This document shows, piece by piece, positions 9,388-20,023 of a stretch of 64,000 nucleotides of DNA (position 1 is the first letter of the stretch; each line of letters starts with the position of its first letter). This stretch comes from Candidatus Latescibacterota bacterium (lineage in GTDB: Bacteria; Latescibacterota; UBA2968; GCA-2709665): assembly GCA_965226795.1 (NCBI GenBank), contig CBDDDZ010000005.1, positions 576,001 through 640,000 of the forward strand, given 5' to 3'. A model generated the notes under the pieces. The model was not told where the DNA came from, searched no databases, and saw only the letters and a list, made by a program, of their open reading frames with translations. The translations under genes and the position numbers were made by a program.

Positions 9388-11289
9388 ATGCCGCTGGTTC
9401 AACTCGAAAGCGTCCACAAGGCCTACGGGGCCAACACGATACTGATCGATCTCACGTGGAAGATTGAAGCGGGCAGCCGCATCGGGCTGGTCGGGCGCAA
9501 CGGATGCGGGAAGACAACGCTCTTTCACCTCATCAACGGACGCCTGCAGCCGGAGAGCGGACGGATCCACACGCGACGGAACCTGAACGTGGGGTACCTT
9601 GCGCAGGACCCTGAATTGGAGGACGGGTCCGTCGTCCTGGACACGGTACTCGACGCGTTTTCAGACCTGCTCGACATGCGGCGGCGGCTGGGCATCCTTG
9701 AAGGTCGGCTGGCCGAGAGCCAGGAACAACCAGCGCTCCTGGAAGAGTACGGCCGTCTGCAGCACGCCTATGAAGCCCGAGGCGGTTATGAGATCGGGAC
9801 CCGTGCAAAGACCATCCTCCACGGGCTGGGTTTCGCCCAGGCGGATTTCGAAACCCCGGTTTCTCTGCTCAGCGGGGGCCAGAAGAACCGGCTGGCCCTT
9901 GCCCGTCTGCTCGTTCGGGAACCCGACCTGCTTCTGCTCGACGAACCCACCAATCACCTGGACCTTGAGGCCATCGAATGGCTGGAAGGGTTTCTGCCCG
10001 CGTTTGACGGCGCCTTTGTGGTCATCTCCCACGACCGCTATTTTCTGGACCGCACGATCGACCGGATCGTCGAACTGGAAAACGGGTCCATGGCCGAGTA
10101 CGCCGGCAATTACAGTTTCTATTCCGCCGAAAGAGAACAGCGCCTGGCAAATCGGCAAAAGACCTATGATCGGCAACAGGAATACATCCAGAGGACCGAA
10201 GACTATATCAGGCGCAACATTTCGGGCCAGAAAACCAAACAGGCACAGAGCCGGAGGAAAACCCTCGAAAAACTGGACAGACTCGAGCGCACCGGGCGGG
10301 AAAGGGAGTTCCGGCTGGATTTCTCGGCCGGCGAGAGGGGCGGCAACCGGGTAGTGGAACTGGAGCAGATATCGAAGGCCTACGGCGACACGGTTCTTTT
10401 CGAGAAGCTGGAACTGCTTGTCCGCCGGGGTGACCGCCTGGGCATCATCGGGCCCAATGGTTCCGGCAAGTCAACCCTGCTGAAACTGCTGGCCGGACAT
10501 GTCACGCCCGATAGCGGAACCTTCAAAACCGGCTCGAACATCCAGGTGGGTTATTACGACCAGCACCGGGACGAACTCACGCCCGGCCATACGTTGCAGG
10601 ACGAAATCTGGGCGGTCAACCCGGATGCGCCGGTGGGGGAAATCCGAAGCGTCCTGGGCGCCTTCCTCTTTTCAGGCGACGACGTCGAGCGAAAAATCAG
10701 CAGCCTCAGCGGCGGAGAAAAAAGCAGGGTGGCCCTTGCCAGGCTGATGAGGTCCGAAACCAATCTCCTGGTTCTGGACGAACCCACCAATCATCTGGAT
10801 ATCCCGTCCCGGGATGTTCTGGAAGGCGCCCTGAAAACCTACGACGGCACCCTTATCACCGTCTCGCACGATCGCTATTTCCTGAACATGCTGGTGGACA
10901 GACTGCTTGTTTTAGGGAACGGAAAGTGGGAACTGGTGGAGGGCAACTACGAAGCCTGGCAGCGCCAACGGGGAACGCGGGGGGATTTTCCTGAGGCGCA
11001 CTCACCGAAGAAAACCTCCCAAAAAGCCATTTACGAACGGAGCCGGGCCGACCGCAGGTCGCAGGATAGACGCGAGCGGCGGCTCGAAGCCATCGAAAAA
11101 GAGATCCTGGAACTCGAGGCCGAACTCGAACGCCTGGAAGGACAACTTGCTCTGGATAACCGGGCGTCGGATTGGCAACACCTCCAGTCGGCTTCCGAGG
11201 AACGCCAGCGGCTCCAGAACCGGATCGAAGAACGCATTGCGGTGTGGGAAACGCTTGAGACGATTGTGATGAAGGGCGGGAAACAGTGA
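9388..11289 (+). CDS. ABC-F family ATPase (Uup/YdiF-like)
   Basis: Two NBDs (GRNGCGKT, GPNGSGKS; LSGG; DEPTNHLD twice), no TMD, C-terminal coiled coil. Confidence 0.93.
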   Translation: MPLVQLESVHKAYGANTILIDLTWKIEAGSRIGLVGRNGCGKTTLFHLINGRLQPESGRIHTRRNLNVGYLAQDPELEDGSVVLDTVLDAFSDLLDMRRRLGILEGRLAESQEQPALLEEYGRLQHAYEARGGYEIGTRAKTILHGLGFAQADFETPVSLLSGGQKNRLALARLLVREPDLLLLDEPTNHLDLEAIEWLEGFLPAFDGAFVVISHDRYFLDRTIDRIVELENGSMAEYAGNYSFYSAEREQRLANRQKTYDRQQEYIQRTEDYIRRNISGQKTKQAQSRRKTLEKLDRLERTGREREFRLDFSAGERGGNRVVELEQISKAYGDTVLFEKLELLVRRGDRLGIIGPNGSGKSTLLKLLAGHVTPDSGTFKTGSNIQVGYYDQHRDELTPGHTLQDEIWAVNPDAPVGEIRSVLGAFLFSGDDVERKISSLSGGEKSRVALARLMRSETNLLVLDEPTNHLDIPSRDVLEGALKTYDGTLITVSHDRYFLNMLVDRLLVLGNGKWELVEGNYEAWQRQRGTRGDFPEAHSPKKTSQKAIYERSRADRRSQDRRERRLEAIEKEILELEAELERLEGQLALDNRASDWQHLQSASEERQRLQNRIEERIAVWETLETIVMKGGKQ

Positions 11290-11479
11290 TCCGATTGGTT
11301 TGCGCCGGTTTTCGGCAATCGGCAGAGAGGGCGGCAGGTTTCTCGGGAGATAGAGTCGTAAATACCGGCGGTTGGGGATCGGATTTCAAACTCTCGAAAG
11401 CCGATCGGTCAGAAGCCGTCTCTTCGTGACTCCTATACACGATCTTCCCGAAATCGGAACGATGTTCGATCGATCTCTG

Positions 11480-13501
11480 ATGGCGCCCGCCGAATTCGAA
11501 TTCGTGGTACTGGCGGACACGCACTACATGCTCGATCCGGGCGGACGCGCGCTGGAATTCGAATCCCGGCGCAAGCAGACCGCCCGGGCGAACGCGGCGC
11601 TCAGGCTGGCGGCGTCTCTCGGCACGGACTTTATCGTGCACATGGGCGACCTGGTCCAGGAATACCCCGAAACCCGGCGACACAGGGAGGCGATCGACAA
11701 GGCGAGGGAGCAACTGGCGCGCCTGGACGCGGAGGTATTCCACGTTGCCGGCAACCACGACGTGGGCGACAAACCCGATCCGACCATGCCCACCCTGCCC
11801 GTCACGCCGGAGTCCCTGAAGCGGTACCACGCCCGTTTCGGGCCTTCCCGGTACAGCTTCGACCACTGCGGTTGTCACTTTATCGTAATCAACTCACAGA
11901 TCCTCAACGCCGATCTGCCAGAGTCCGGATCACAGCGCGTCTGGCTGGAGCGCGACCTGGAAAGCCATGGACAGGATCGCGTTTTCCTCTTTCTCCACCT
12001 GCCGCCGTTCCTGGAACACCCGGACGAGGCCCACCTGGGCAACTACGACAATATCGGCCAGCCCGACAGGCATTGGATACTCGACCTGATCCGTCGACAC
12101 CCGGTCGAGGTGGTCTGCGCAGCGCACGTCCACTTCGCGTTCCTGAACCGGATTGGGTCGACTCGAATCTTCAACGTACCGTCGACCTCCTTCGTGCGCC
12201 CCGGCTTCAGCCACCTGTTCACCGGTCCTCCACCGCCCGAGCAGGGGCGGGACGACGCGCCCAAGCTCGGCATCTATCTGTTCCGCGTTTTCGGCGACCG
12301 GACGGACGTCCACTTCATCCGAACAGGGGGGGCGCCTGTTCTGGAAGAAGAAGCGCCCGGCGCCCCGAAACGACTGCTCACCCGGACTTCGGCGGGCATT
12401 CCCCGCGCCGCTATCGGCCTCACCCTCCTGCATCCCCTCGCGCCTCGAACCGAAATCCCGATCGCATTTCCCAGCATCGTCCGGCAGTGCGTAAGAAACG
12501 ACTATCCATTGCTCGCCGCCGTGGAACTCGGCGCAACCGCCGTCCGTTTCCCGGCCACCGATCTCGAAGATTCCGTTCAGCGGGAACGACTCGAAATCCT
12601 CCGCGATGAAGGTCCGCGGCTCACGGCGATGCTGCCCGTGACCTCCGCCGCGGATCTTCTGCCGTTCGTCCGGCGACACGCGGATATCGTCGACGCGTGG
12701 GAAGTCCGGATACCCGGAACCCTGCTGCCGTCCGACGACCTCACCCGAGCGCTCGCGGTCTGCGGCAAAGAAGCCTCCACGCATTTCACGCTTTCACCCA
12801 TCCTCCCGGGAGAGGTCCGTCCCGGCAAACAGCACCCCCGCACCCGAATCGGATATCTGCCCGGCGAACTGCCTGAACTGAACCTCCACCTGGCCGGACG
12901 GGACGTCTGCATCGACCGGGTCCTTTGCCGTGTTGACGGGACCGACCCGTGGAAAACCGCTCAGGATCTCCTGGGCATCGGCGCCCTCAGCCACGTCAAA
13001 GGCGTGGACCTTGCCGTGGCCCACGCCGCCCGCGATGACGTGTTGAATGCCAATGTGGCGGCAGAATCCCTCTTTTGCGCCGCCCTGCTTCCGGGCGCTC
13101 GCGTCTACTTCGAACCCTTAGTCGACCTGGACCGGACCCTGGACGTGGCCCACGGGCTTCTGGACACGTCCTGCAACCCCCGCCCCGCGTTTCACGTTCT
13201 GCGATGCCTCAATACGGTGCTTTTTCACGAGGCGATTGTCCGTCCGGTCCCCGGAGAGCTCGACCTGCCCGGGGCCAGGATTCGGACTCTGACCGGCCCG
13301 GCCCATTTTCATGCCCTGATCACCTCGCGGACCGGCGAGCTCCCGGATCCAGGCCGCCTCGCGTTTCCCGGTATTTCACCGGAAGCCCCGTTTCTTCTCT
13401 ACCGCCTTGCCGAGGGCACCGTCCAGAACGGTTCCCTCGAACGGCTCCTTGAACACGCGAAGGGCCATTCGGCGCCTCTTCTATTGACAGCCTGCCCGTA
13501 A
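11480..13501 (+). CDS. Calcineurin-like metallophosphoesterase with long C-terminal extension
   Basis: DTH, GDLV, AGNHD, HLP, AHVH motifs; start uncertain (11372-11480). Confidence 0.8.
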   Translation: MAPAEFEFVVLADTHYMLDPGGRALEFESRRKQTARANAALRLAASLGTDFIVHMGDLVQEYPETRRHREAIDKAREQLARLDAEVFHVAGNHDVGDKPDPTMPTLPVTPESLKRYHARFGPSRYSFDHCGCHFIVINSQILNADLPESGSQRVWLERDLESHGQDRVFLFLHLPPFLEHPDEAHLGNYDNIGQPDRHWILDLIRRHPVEVVCAAHVHFAFLNRIGSTRIFNVPSTSFVRPGFSHLFTGPPPPEQGRDDAPKLGIYLFRVFGDRTDVHFIRTGGAPVLEEEAPGAPKRLLTRTSAGIPRAAIGLTLLHPLAPRTEIPIAFPSIVRQCVRNDYPLLAAVELGATAVRFPATDLEDSVQRERLEILRDEGPRLTAMLPVTSAADLLPFVRRHADIVDAWEVRIPGTLLPSDDLTRALAVCGKEASTHFTLSPILPGEVRPGKQHPRTRIGYLPGELPELNLHLAGRDVCIDRVLCRVDGTDPWKTAQDLLGIGALSHVKGVDLAVAHAARDDVLNANVAAESLFCAALLPGARVYFEPLVDLDRTLDVAHGLLDTSCNPRPAFHVLRCLNTVLFHEAIVRPVPGELDLPGARIRTLTGPAHFHALITSRTGELPDPGRLAFPGISPEAPFLLYRLAEGTVQNGSLERLLEHAKGHSAPLLLTACP

Positions 13502-13631
13502 TGCTCCCGCCTATTGGGTTGACATTTCCCGGGATTCTATACATCTTTCTGGCGCAACGGGTTCGCGAAATCTCTTTAGACTGCGATCCGCCGTTTTCCG
13601 AATTGCCGCATAAACAACGAGGTTTCGTCCA

Positions 13632-14429
13632 ATGGCGAAAACGCTTCGCGTCTGTCTTGCCGCCCTCGAACAGCGGCCCTCCGTGCCCGAAGGCGTGAAG
13701 AAGCTGGTTTCCGTTCTGACCGAATGTCAGAAACAAAACGTCGATATCGTCTGTACGCCGGAGGCCTATCTTCCGGGTCTCAGGGGCGCTTCTTTCGATC
13801 TGCCCGACCCGGACCAACCCGCCATGGAGCAGGCCCTGCAGGACCTTCGAGCGGCCTGCCGCACAACGGGCGTGGCCATCATCGCCGGAATGGAGTGGCA
13901 ATCCGAACTCGGCCTGGAAAACCGGGCTTTTGTTATCTCCCCGGCCGGCCGGGTGCTCGGCTACCAGACCAAAAACCAGATCACACCGGGCGGTGAGTCG
14001 GAGAACTACGTGCCCGACGGGCAGCGACGGGTGTTCACCGTAAAGGGCGTCAGGTTCGGAATCACCATCTGCCACGAAGGCTGGCGATATCCGGAAACCG
14101 TGAGGTGGCCCGCGGTTCGTGGCGCGCGGATCGTGTTTCAGCCCCAGGTCACGGGCAGCGACGAAGGTGGACAAAAGCGCAGGGAGTGGGGCGATTCCTT
14201 CTACGAGAAGGCCATGCAGTGCCGCGCGGGGGAGAACAACATCTACTTCGCCAGCGTCAACCAGGCCATGAAAGGCCAGAACTCAGCCACCAGCCTCATC
14301 GACCCCCAGGGCAATCTCATCGAGTACGTACCCTACGGCATGGAAGACCTGCTCATCGCAGACCTGGACATTGAAAAGGCCACCCGGTTCTACACTAGGC
14401 GGTACCGGTCCGAACTCTACCCCGCGTAG
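13632..14429 (+). CDS. Carbon-nitrogen hydrolase (nitrilase superfamily)
   Basis: E-K-C triad motifs TPEA, QTKNQI, ICHEGWRYPE. Confidence 0.9.
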   Translation: MAKTLRVCLAALEQRPSVPEGVKKLVSVLTECQKQNVDIVCTPEAYLPGLRGASFDLPDPDQPAMEQALQDLRAACRTTGVAIIAGMEWQSELGLENRAFVISPAGRVLGYQTKNQITPGGESENYVPDGQRRVFTVKGVRFGITICHEGWRYPETVRWPAVRGARIVFQPQVTGSDEGGQKRREWGDSFYEKAMQCRAGENNIYFASVNQAMKGQNSATSLIDPQGNLIEYVPYGMEDLLIADLDIEKATRFYTRRYRSELYPA

Positions 14430-14449
14430 TCCATTCCGGAGGAATACCC

Positions 14450-15784
14450 ATGTCAAAGGGCAGCCTCATGTTGTTCGGGATCTGTCTTTCGCTGCTCCTG
14501 AGCAGCGGCGTCCACGCGCAGGAATCCTCGCCGGTCGACTTCAATGGAGACGGCGAAGTCAACTTCGCGGATTTCATCGCCTTCGCCAGGGGATTCGGCA
14601 AGACGGATCAGGACGCGGACTTCGACGTCAGGCTGGACCTCAACAACAACGGTGAAGTCGACTTTCAGGACTTCGTCCTTTTCGCCCGGCAATTCGGCGG
14701 CTCGAGTCCGTCCGGCGGCGGCGACGAGGAGCCGTTCAACCCGCGCCGCATCTATGTCTCGGACCTTTGGTCAAATAGGGTCTTTGTGGTGGATGCCAAA
14801 ACCAATTTTTATGATCCCGGCCTCTCCGTCACGCTCAGCCAGCCCCGCAGCGTGGCCTACTCATATCGCAACAGGCGCTTCTACGTTGCGGGTGTGGACT
14901 CGTTCTACGCACTCACAGAATCCAGCGAGGTCGACTACCGGTTACCGCTTCAGGATCCGCCCGGATCGCCAGGTGGTTCCCCGGTCGCGCGTGGCGGATT
15001 CCGTATGGCGCTTTCACCGGACCATCGGCTTGCCTATGTCACCGAAGACGCAGTTTGGCAGGTCGAAGTCATCGATCTCAAAAGCGCCGAATCCGTCGCA
15101 CTTATTCCACTTTCATTGCAGCCCAGCGGCATCGCCATTTCTCCCGACGGCGAGGCAATCTACGTGGCTCATTCGGGAGATCCATGGATTTCCGTCATCG
15201 ACGGCCCCGGACAGGCGCTCGTGGACAGTATCCGACTCGACGGATCGGGCAACGGGCGGGTGGCCGTCACCTACGAGGGCGGCAGGATCCATACCGCGAC
15301 AACCCTGGGCGGCGACGACCCGTCGGTTCAAATCTTGTCGATCGATCCAGAAACGAAAGAAGTTGTCGATATGCTGGAGGTGGCGGCGGATTCGACGACA
15401 ATCGTCCGTGACCTCCAGGCGTCGAGGGACGGCGGGAAGCTTTTTGCAACTATAAGGCGGGAATTTCTGGCGCCCACCTCATTGTTCGGTATCGTGATAG
15501 AGAGCTACTTCTGGACCATAGATGCAGCGACTTTCAAAAGAACGAGCGAAATACAGATCGACGGGGATGCTGTGACGTTCGGGGTGTCCCGGGACGACAA
15601 GACTGCGTACGTCGCCGTCAGCGACCCATTTACGGGATCGTTCAAGCTCACGAAAGTAGACCTTGAAAACAACGAGGTTCTTGGTGACGTCCCGGTATCT
15701 TTTCTGACGCCCTGGAACGTCAAAGTATACGGCGCCAAGCCCGCGTACGGACGTACCGTCGTTCCCGAAATAACCATCTTCTGA
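14450..15784 (+). CDS. Secreted protein: N-terminal dockerin/EF-hand-like pair + YVTN/YncE-like beta-propeller
   Basis: Signal peptide (...VHA/QE), DFNGDGEVNFADF...DLNNNGEVDFQDF, repeated xSPDG..YV blades. Confidence 0.8.
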   Translation: MSKGSLMLFGICLSLLLSSGVHAQESSPVDFNGDGEVNFADFIAFARGFGKTDQDADFDVRLDLNNNGEVDFQDFVLFARQFGGSSPSGGGDEEPFNPRRIYVSDLWSNRVFVVDAKTNFYDPGLSVTLSQPRSVAYSYRNRRFYVAGVDSFYALTESSEVDYRLPLQDPPGSPGGSPVARGGFRMALSPDHRLAYVTEDAVWQVEVIDLKSAESVALIPLSLQPSGIAISPDGEAIYVAHSGDPWISVIDGPGQALVDSIRLDGSGNGRVAVTYEGGRIHTATTLGGDDPSVQILSIDPETKEVVDMLEVAADSTTIVRDLQASRDGGKLFATIRREFLAPTSLFGIVIESYFWTIDAATFKRTSEIQIDGDAVTFGVSRDDKTAYVAVSDPFTGSFKLTKVDLENNEVLGDVPVSFLTPWNVKVYGAKPAYGRTVVPEITIF

Positions 15785-16006
15785 ATCGGCGGCCGAAGGA
15801 CGACGGACGGCTGCCCGCATCCGAACGCCGATCCTTTCGACTGCGTCCCTGCCCATACGGTTCCGGTGTTCCGGTGCGTTGAATTCAGGCAGCATATCTG
15901 GCGACTTTCCAAATGAAACCCTTGCATACCGCGCCGAATTCCGGTAGATTTCTATATAGAATATCAATGCATATGGAGGCGCACCTATTGAAAACGAGCG
16001 AGAACA

Positions 16007-17062
16007 ATGCTTTCATCGCTTCTTCTTGAACCCGGCCGGCTTGAATTGCGGGACATCGACATACCCAGCACCGGTCCCGGCGAGGTGGTTGTCCGGGTGC
16101 GGTCCGCACTGACATGCGGCACCGAATTGAAGACATTCCGTCGCGGCCACCCGAAAATTCCCACGCCAACGCCTCTGGGGCACGAGTTCTCCGGAGATAT
16201 CTACGAAGTCGGCGAGGGAGTTTCAAAGTTCAAAGTTGGCGATCAGGTGATGACTGCGCCAACGGCGCCCTGCGGCGAGTGCGTTTACTGCCTGAAGTCG
16301 CAGGAGAACCTCTGCCGGTACGCCATCGACGAGATGGTTTTCGGTGCCTTTGCGGAATACGTCCGTGTGCCCGCTCACGTTGTGCAAAACAACATGTTTA
16401 AAAAGCCCGCGGATCTTTCCTACGAAGAGGCCGCGATGCTGGAGCCGCTGGCTTGCGTGGTGTACGGTATGGACCAGGTGCTTATGGGGCCGGACGCTAC
16501 GGTGCTCATCATCGGCGCGGGCGCCATCGGATTGATGCACACGGCCGTCGTACGCGCTTTTGGCGCAAAGCGCGTCATTGTCGCCGGCAGGCGCGAATAC
16601 CGGCTCAGGCTCGCCAGCACGCTCGGTGCGGACGAGATTATAGACGTGGATAAGGAAAACGCGATTGAACGCGTTATGGAACTGACCGGCGGCATCGGCG
16701 CGGACCTGGTTATCGAGTGTACCGGCCAGCTCGCCGTCTGGGAGAGCACACCCGACCTGGTCGCGAAGGGAGGGACGATCGTCCTGTTCGGCGGCCTTCC
16801 GAAGGGAACCGTCGCCACCTTCGACACGGCCAGGTTACACTACGATCAGATTACCCTTAAGGGCGTGTTTCACTACAGCCGCAGCGCCGTGAAAAAGGCC
16901 TACCGGATGCTGGTCGACAAAAAGATCCACCTCAATGGTCTGATCTCGGGCACCTACACCCTGTCCGATCTCAAACACGTCTTTGAGCTTCTTCTGAAGA
17001 AGGGCAACGACGTCAAATTCGCGGTCGTGCCTTCCGAACCCAGCCCGGAAAAAGCCGGATGA
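16007..17062 (+). CDS. Zinc-dependent alcohol/polyol dehydrogenase
   Basis: CGTE, LGHE, CGECVYC...C, GAGAIG. Confidence 0.9.
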   Translation: MLSSLLLEPGRLELRDIDIPSTGPGEVVVRVRSALTCGTELKTFRRGHPKIPTPTPLGHEFSGDIYEVGEGVSKFKVGDQVMTAPTAPCGECVYCLKSQENLCRYAIDEMVFGAFAEYVRVPAHVVQNNMFKKPADLSYEEAAMLEPLACVVYGMDQVLMGPDATVLIIGAGAIGLMHTAVVRAFGAKRVIVAGRREYRLRLASTLGADEIIDVDKENAIERVMELTGGIGADLVIECTGQLAVWESTPDLVAKGGTIVLFGGLPKGTVATFDTARLHYDQITLKGVFHYSRSAVKKAYRMLVDKKIHLNGLISGTYTLSDLKHVFELLLKKGNDVKFAVVPSEPSPEKAG

Positions 17063-18102
17063 TGCGCGTAGCGCGTCTGTACGACTACGGCGACATCCGC
17101 ATCGAAATAGAACCGATCCCCGAAATAGGACCCGAAGACGCCCTCGTTAAAATGGCGGTTTGCGGCATCTGCACGAGCGATACCCTGCCGTGGTACGTGC
17201 GCCGCAAGGCGCCCATCGTCCTCGGGCACGAACCCGCCGGGATTCTCATCGACGTTGGCTCCAGGGCCGTGGATTTCTCACCGGGTGAGCGCGTCTTTTT
17301 TCACCATCATGCCCCCTGCATGAACTGCCGTTTGTGCCGCCGGGGGCATTATTCTATGTGCCCCACCTGGAAGGCCTCCGCGCTGGACCCCGGCGGCCTC
17401 GCCGAGTTCGTCCGCGTGCCCGGCCTCAACCTCAGAACCGACACGCTGAAACTTCCGGCTTCACTTTCCCTTGAAGACGGCGCTCTCGTCGAACCGACCG
17501 CCTGCGCGGTACAGGCGCTGAAACGCCGCGCCCGCGTGCAACCGGGCGACCGCGTCCTGATCATCGGCATGGGCATTATGGGCCAGCTTCTTGCCTTGGT
17601 CGCCAGGCATTACGGCGCGTCAACCGTGATTGCGGCGGACATGGTGCCCTACCGGCTGAAAAAAGCGCTGGAACTCGGGGCCGACCTGGGCGTAGACGTA
17701 ACGCGGGAGAGCCTGGTCGAGTCCGTCGCCGCCGCCACCGATGGGGACATGGCCGACCTGGTTGTGGTCGGTCCGGGCGCGCTGACGGCGATGGAGGCGG
17801 GACTCTCCGCGGTTGGCGTGGGCGGGACCGTGCTTCTGTTCACCCCCACCGAACCCGGCGGGACCCTGGCGATCCAACCATACGATCTGTATTCCGGGGA
17901 CATCACCCTCATAACCAGCTACTCCTGCGGCCCGCCGGACACGCTGGAAGCCCTGGACATCGTCGGCCGTGGGGTCGTGACCGCGAAAAAACTCGTCACT
18001 CACCGGTTTCCCCTGGAAGAAACCGCCGTCGGATTTCAGACGGTTGCGGAAGCCGGAGACTCCATCAAGACCCTCATCGTCATCGACGAAACGCTGGCGT
18101 AG
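17059..18102 (+). CDS. Zinc-dependent alcohol/polyol dehydrogenase (second)
   Basis: CGICTSD, LGHE, CMNCRLC...C, GMGIMG; ATGA overlap with the upstream paralogue. Confidence 0.9.
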   Translation: MMRVARLYDYGDIRIEIEPIPEIGPEDALVKMAVCGICTSDTLPWYVRRKAPIVLGHEPAGILIDVGSRAVDFSPGERVFFHHHAPCMNCRLCRRGHYSMCPTWKASALDPGGLAEFVRVPGLNLRTDTLKLPASLSLEDGALVEPTACAVQALKRRARVQPGDRVLIIGMGIMGQLLALVARHYGASTVIAADMVPYRLKKALELGADLGVDVTRESLVESVAAATDGDMADLVVVGPGALTAMEAGLSAVGVGGTVLLFTPTEPGGTLAIQPYDLYSGDITLITSYSCGPPDTLEALDIVGRGVVTAKKLVTHRFPLEETAVGFQTVAEAGDSIKTLIVIDETLA

Positions 18103-18300
18103 AGACCGGTCTTTGCACCGTCGTAAGACGGGCCGGACAACTGCACCAGGGTTCATCGGCCACATCGCAGTTGCCGCTGGCGTCGCGCAACCGATTCCAG
18201 CTTGCGTTTTGGCCGCTATTCTTTACTTTATCCCTTGTTTTCGGCCGCCAGGGTCCGACCCTGTATTTCACGACTTTTCGTTTCCAGAGAGGATGCCGGC

Positions 18301-18492
18301 ATGCCCTTTGTCAACGTCAAAATGCTCGACGGCCGCACGACGGACCAGAAACGAGAACTGGTCAAGGCCATTACGGACGCCCTGCAAAATATCTGCGGGG
18401 CAAAACCGGAAGGCACCATGGTGGTCATCGAGGAAGTGACCCGCGACCACTGGGCTCGAGGCGGCGTGCTGATTTCAGACAGAGACGCATAA
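18301..18492 (+). CDS. 4-oxalocrotonate tautomerase family protein
   Basis: N-terminal catalytic Pro (MPFVNV), GRTTDQK, HWARGG; 63 aa; GAGG RBS. Confidence 0.9.
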   Translation: MPFVNVKMLDGRTTDQKRELVKAITDALQNICGAKPEGTMVVIEEVTRDHWARGGVLISDRDA

Positions 18493-18582
18493 CCCCGGGG
18501 GCGCCCCTGCACAAGCGTGCCGGCGCGGCGCCCGGAACTTCGTTATCGCAAAACCCGCCGCCGGATTTCCGCGCGTTTGGTC

Positions 18583-18611
18583 TTGACAGAATTATACCCG
18601 CCGCCTATATT
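18583..18611 (+). promoter_or_regulatory. sigma70-type promoter
   Basis: TTGACA-N17-TATATT upstream of the TPR gene. Confidence 0.65.
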
Positions 18612-18754
18612 GCACCGATCCTAAGTTCGCTGCCAAAAAAGAGAAACAATCTCCGATCGGCTCAACCCGGGCAACGGTTTGAGCCATGTTCCATAGGCTT
18701 GTACAGACGTTGGCTGAATCGACGGTACGTCGTGAAAAGGAAAGGGGATAGGCT

Positions 18755-19993
18755 TTGGACCTCATCATTCGATTCTTTCGCCGGCCGGGCGTTCCCGTGC
18801 TCGCGCTTCTTGTGTTGGCCACACTCGGAACCGCGCCGCAGGAGGCGTATGCCCAGAAGAAGAAAATTACAAAGGGCGACGCCAAAATAGCCAAGCGGTC
18901 TGCCCACCTCTACGTCAGCCAGCGGCTGTTCGACAAGGCCCTCGCCCAGTTGCTTGTCGTCATCGAAGGCGACTCCAACGACGTGCAGGCACGCTTCATG
19001 CTGGGCGAGATTTACTCCGAGAAGAACCTGCAGGACGAAATGAGAAAGGAATTCGAATGGGTCCTTGCAACCAAGAAGGGGAAGAAGAAATACGGTAAGA
19101 AAATTCAGCCGTACCTGGACATGTGGTGGAGCCGGAAATACAATAACGCAGTCCGGGCGATCGGCGCCGAAGACTACGGTGAGGCCATCGAATCCCTTCA
19201 AAAAGCCATCGCGCTTGCGCCGGAGAAGGCCATGTCCTACCAGGCGCTGGGGGTGGCCTACCTGAACATGGGCCAGGCCCAGGCCGGAATCGACGCCTAT
19301 CTGAAAGCGGTCGAGGTCGACAGCACCGAAGCAGCCTCGTTTGTCAATCTTGGCCGGGCTTATATGAATCTCAAGAATTACGAAGAAGCAAGGCAGTACT
19401 TCACCAGAGCCCATAACCTGGTTCCCGAAAATGTTGCCTATCTGAACGACCTCGCCCACGCCCAGCAGAATATGGGCGACACGGCGGCCGCTCTCGAAAC
19501 CGCCGAGAAGGCCCTGGCCATCGACCGCGAAAATCTGGAAGTTTTGATTATGGCCGGTCAGATGCACCTGATGGGTGGCAATTACGAAAAAGCGGCCGAA
19601 TTCCTCGAAAGGGTGGCCGCACAGCGGCCGGAAGATATAAATACGCTGTTCAACCTCGCGGAATGCTACAGGAATCTGGGCAGAACCGACGAGGCTATCA
19701 ACCTGTTCCTGAAGAGTGTCCAGGCCAATCCACAGGATTCCGACGCATGGTTTCGGCTGGGTCGGATTTACAAAGATCAGGGCAGGTATACGGAGTCCAT
19801 AGAAGCCCTCAATATGGTCGTCAGCCTGAAAGCCACCAGCGTGCAGGGCTGGCAGGCACTGGCGCAATCGTGGGCTATGCTTTCCAATAAACAATCCGAC
19901 GAGGGCTTGGACGATGCGGCGGCGGTCAGTAACAAAAAAGCACTAGAGGCTTACAATATGAGTATAAGCCTCGAGAACCAGGCTGGTGAGTGA
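18755..19993 (+). CDS. Secreted tetratricopeptide-repeat protein
   Basis: Signal peptide (AYA/Q) and multiple TPR consensus repeats. Confidence 0.85.
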   Translation: MDLIIRFFRRPGVPVLALLVLATLGTAPQEAYAQKKKITKGDAKIAKRSAHLYVSQRLFDKALAQLLVVIEGDSNDVQARFMLGEIYSEKNLQDEMRKEFEWVLATKKGKKKYGKKIQPYLDMWWSRKYNNAVRAIGAEDYGEAIESLQKAIALAPEKAMSYQALGVAYLNMGQAQAGIDAYLKAVEVDSTEAASFVNLGRAYMNLKNYEEARQYFTRAHNLVPENVAYLNDLAHAQQNMGDTAAALETAEKALAIDRENLEVLIMAGQMHLMGGNYEKAAEFLERVAAQRPEDINTLFNLAECYRNLGRTDEAINLFLKSVQANPQDSDAWFRLGRIYKDQGRYTESIEALNMVVSLKATSVQGWQALAQSWAMLSNKQSDEGLDDAAAVSNKKALEAYNMSISLENQAGE

Positions 19994-20023
19994 ACCGGAC
20001 CGGCCGCCAGGAGAAGACAACCG

